From assembly GCA_040285855.1 (NCBI GenBank), contig JAUFOQ010000002.1, forward strand, positions 2,852,001 through 2,916,000: 64,000 nt of DNA, read 5' to 3'. Position 1 is the stretch's first letter. Each line of letters opens with the position of its first letter. The stretch is from Eukaryota sp. GEM-RC1 (taxonomy: Eukaryota). Positions 60,912 through 64,000 of this stretch are shown piece by piece. The translations under genes and the position numbers were made by a program. The notes below the pieces were generated by a model. The model was not told the origin of the DNA and did not search any database. It saw only the letters and a program-made list of their open reading frames with translations.

Positions 60912-62599
60912 CTATACACATATATTTACAATATCATGTCGACCTTCCTCTCTCGCCAAAAGATCCTTGGCCCTCATCAAAAGAGCCCTCCCTTCGACTA
61001 GAAGATTAGGGTCCTCGTTAACTTCATCATGATTGAAAGTGTTAACTCCAAAAACACGTAGAACACTTGAAAAACACTCAAAAAAGACCAGGAAACACGT
61101 ACCTACGATTGCAACAGGAAGCCATGTGTTCAGAGTGACTCCTAATAGAGGTAGGTCTCGCATAGGACCAAACATGGCAATAAAAGCCGTGTTATCAACT
61201 TTTAAAATATTTAGAAAATTATAACACAATGGGAAAACAATTCTCAGCATAAACCCAGATAGAAATATTCCAGACCATGGAGCTGTAAGCTTTTTTAGAA
61301 CAGCATAATCTTTTCCTTTACGTACATTAGCTAACGAGTAAAATCCACACATTAACATATATCCAACTGGCATCATAATCAAAACTGAATGAATGATTGC
61401 GCTATCAACTGCTTCCATGAAAAGACTGATTGGTGACGTGATGTAATCAGAAACCAGTGAGATTTCAGAAAACAGCAGAAGGCCACTAAATAAAGATAGA
61501 ACAATTGACAAAAACTTGAAGAACCATGGGCGTATCTCAATCCATATACTTCGTTTGACTGCCCCTTGATTACCTGAAACTAAAGGTTTCCTACCAACTT
61601 CTTGTCGTTGTCTTTTAACAGACAAGAGGGTTTTTAAAGTGGAATACTTTTTGACTAGATTCATCCATCGGGCCTCATGAATTCTGAGCGATGACGTGCG
61701 CATTATGACCTCTTTATGCAGGGAACACACAAGTTCATAGGAAATATCAGCTCCGCCCAACCCATTTCCCTTCCCAATGTTCAACAGAGACGTACTATTC
61801 TGATAAGCTGAGAGAGGGCATTTAGAGATGACCTTGGAGAGGTAGTGGTAGAGAGGGTTTCGTGGAGGCACCTGGGTAGCTACTTTGGTAACCTTGGAAA
61901 GGGTTTCAGAAAGTTTGTTCTTGGACTGTTCTAGATCTGAATAGACTGCGCTGGCACTAAACTCTGCAAACTTAACTTCACGTTCATAGTTAGACTTTCT
62001 CCAGAGACTTCTCGGGAAGTTGACGAGCCCATGTCCACAGAGGAGAACGAGAAGAATAAGTCCCCAGAGATTGGCTAGGGACATGCAGAGAGAGACAATA
62101 CCATTGAAAGAGATTCCAACTGAGATGAAGAGGTATATGATTCCACTCAAGGAAAGAGATCCCAGGATGAGATAGAAGCGTAGACTTGTTTTGATTGCAG
62201 TAACGATACGTTCGCTGAGCTTGAATTCTGCTGCACGGGAAAAATTAGTGACAAAAGGCATGAAAACCCTAAGATGAGGAAGAAACACATAACATACCAC
62301 ACGAGGAAAAAGGTGATCCAATAGATGAGCTTCCAAGTAAGAGAAAGAGCAGATAGAGGGATGTTCAGAGAAGGAGTAACACACTTTTCAGGGTGTGTTG
62401 GATGTTCGTTTATACAGTCATTGTAGTTGGACAACTCAAGATCAAAAGGAATAAGGACAACAATACTACCACTGGCAACAAGAGCTAAGAAGACTATAAT
62501 TCTCACAGAGATAGAAGATAGTTCAGGGTCCATGTAGACGACGAGAAACCATGTGACCACACACAGGAGGATAACCCCTGCGAAAATGACCGCTATCAT
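60912..62599 (-). CDS. LMBR1-family membrane protein (LMBRD2-like), 1 intron
   Basis: VLIPFDL, WKLIYWITFFLVW, SLANLWGL..GHGLVNFPRSLW, PLCYNFL. Intron 62269-62297. Confidence 0.88.
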
Positions 62600-62627
62600 G
62601 GGGTAAAGTTTCGGGGTAAAGGTTTAA

Positions 62628-63299
62628 ATGAATTCCATCTCATTCTTTGTTTGCGGCATAACTTCTGGCTTGGGATCATCTGTTGCACATCAAGCTGCTC
62701 TTCATTCGTTTAATGTTTTTGGTTCGTCTCGTTCAGCTGAGAAAGTACAATCAACCAAGTCAGACTTGATATCCGATTTAAACATTTCTATTGGAGATCC
62801 TGCTGACCCCGTCTTCTGGAATTCAGACAATCTCTCACTTCACCAATTCTCCCAAACTTCTTCAGATGTTCATGTTATTTTGATTTCTACAGGTTTCTGC
62901 AATTACGAGTCTGTCTTTGAACTCACTCCGGAACTTCTCCAAAAGTACATGGAAGCTCACACTTACCCTTTGCTTAATTCCCTGAAGTTTGCCAAGCACA
63001 ACCTCGCACATCAAAAGAATGTTTTAATATTGTCTATCAATTCATCTATCATTTCTGATCAGGATTTCAACATTGATTGTGCTGGATATCAGATATCTAA
63101 ATCCGCCTTACATGGTCTTTGTAAGTCAACGGAAGCTGATTGTTGGAACACCAATATCTCTATGCACTCCTTCTATCCGGGTAACTACAAAACTAATCTG
63201 TGGCCTAATGAGTATGGAATTCCTGGAGATGCAGAGGATCCTGAGAAGTTTGGATTAGAGGTTGCTCAGTTTGCATTAAAATTTGTGAAAGATTTATGA
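62628..63299 (+). CDS. Short-chain dehydrogenase/reductase
   Basis: VCGITSGLG, INSS, YQISK, FYPGNYKT. Confidence 0.85.
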   Translation: MNSISFFVCGITSGLGSSVAHQAALHSFNVFGSSRSAEKVQSTKSDLISDLNISIGDPADPVFWNSDNLSLHQFSQTSSDVHVILISTGFCNYESVFELTPELLQKYMEAHTYPLLNSLKFAKHNLAHQKNVLILSINSSIISDQDFNIDCAGYQISKSALHGLCKSTEADCWNTNISMHSFYPGNYKTNLWPNEYGIPGDAEDPEKFGLEVAQFALKFVKDL

Positions 63300-63573
63300 G
63301 TTTTTTAACTCGGTCTTTTGTTTTCATAATTGTTTGAACTGTGTTGGGTTTAATGAGTATTGAAATATTCAATATTCTCAGGACAAATTAAAAGTACATT
63401 GTTTTATTCAATAAACCGTTGAGTTTTATTCCAATAAGTAAAATAGAATAAGTTGGCGCTACCAAGCCGCCGAAAAGCTTTCTAGACTACAACTGTCAAC
63501 TAAATAAATTGACAGACAATCAAAAACAATCAAATCAAAAAAATGATACAGTTCAAACTAAAACCACCTGATA

Positions 63574-64000
63574 CTATCGTTTCCTTCCTTTTTTCTTCGA
63601 TGCGCTCCCCCTACGTTCATTGCCTTGTCTAACCGTTGAAACTGAAGAAGTGGAAGGAATTGGTGGTAGTCTAGCGGAAGAACTTTCAAACAACTTCGGT
63701 GTGACCACAGAAAATGGCTTTTCAACTTCACTTAAACAGGTTAGAGAACGTTTCCTTGTCAGCGACGGCGGCGGGTGATCAGTAAGATCTGGTTGTGATG
63801 ACGTGTCCTTACGTTCAATAGGGACAAAAGTAGAAGATATGGGGACAAATGATTTGGCTTTTTTTCTCAATGTGTTTCAAGTGATCAATCAAACTCGCTG
63901 ATTGAGCCCTTCTTTTGATAGTAGAGCTCAACAGTGATTTAGAGAAGGGTTCCTTCCCTTCGTCCATTGATGATAAACTGTCAAATGATAGTATCCTCTT
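63574..64000 (-). CDS. 3' end of an unknown Ser/Pro/basic-rich protein (partial)
   Basis: ORF 63574-63870, with coding-like sequence continuing to the window end. Confidence 0.45.

Noticed and set aside
12963..61224. Numerous short antisense ORFs in the ORF track
   Set aside because: They are shadows of genuine genes on the opposite strand, or lie within MITEs.

Overview
Gene-dense, AT-rich eukaryotic (protist-type) DNA in the standard code, with very short GT-AG introns (26-36 nt), tiny divergent intergenic gaps and scattered single-base frameshifts, many in homopolymers and probably sequencing errors. The main signal is a ~10 kb inserted element (~2800-12833) between two divergent host genes, flanked by a 10/11-nt direct repeat (core TTCTAAG). 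It encodes three things. (i) A ~1750-aa minus-strand polyprotein with a 2A/StopGo leader, two Ulp1-type (C48) proteases, a family-B-polymerase-type DEDDy 3'-5' exonuclease and a C-terminal Fanzor1 (TnpB-like) nuclease; hairpins at its 3' end are a candidate omegaRNA. (ii) An Upf1-like SF1 helicase that also starts with a 2A-like leader. (iii) A small divergent ORF. Both 2A leaders are preceded by the same two-hairpin motif with covarying stems and a near-invariant 20-nt loop. No transposase, integrase or RT is recognisable in the element. The rest of the window holds host genes (VPS9 GEF, zf-UBP/PH, NYN, WDR61, SUC/SLC45 transporter, CDC20, UBL5, INTS4-like, TOG-TACC, OB-fold, ATG18-like, PKA-C, ISY1, ankyrin, PFDN1, RPE, LRR, ARP6, LMBR1-like, SDR), MITEs (Tc1/mariner, piggyBac, hAT) and decayed RLE-type non-LTR retrotransposon fragments. 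All family assignments come from motif recognition by eye; no searches were run.
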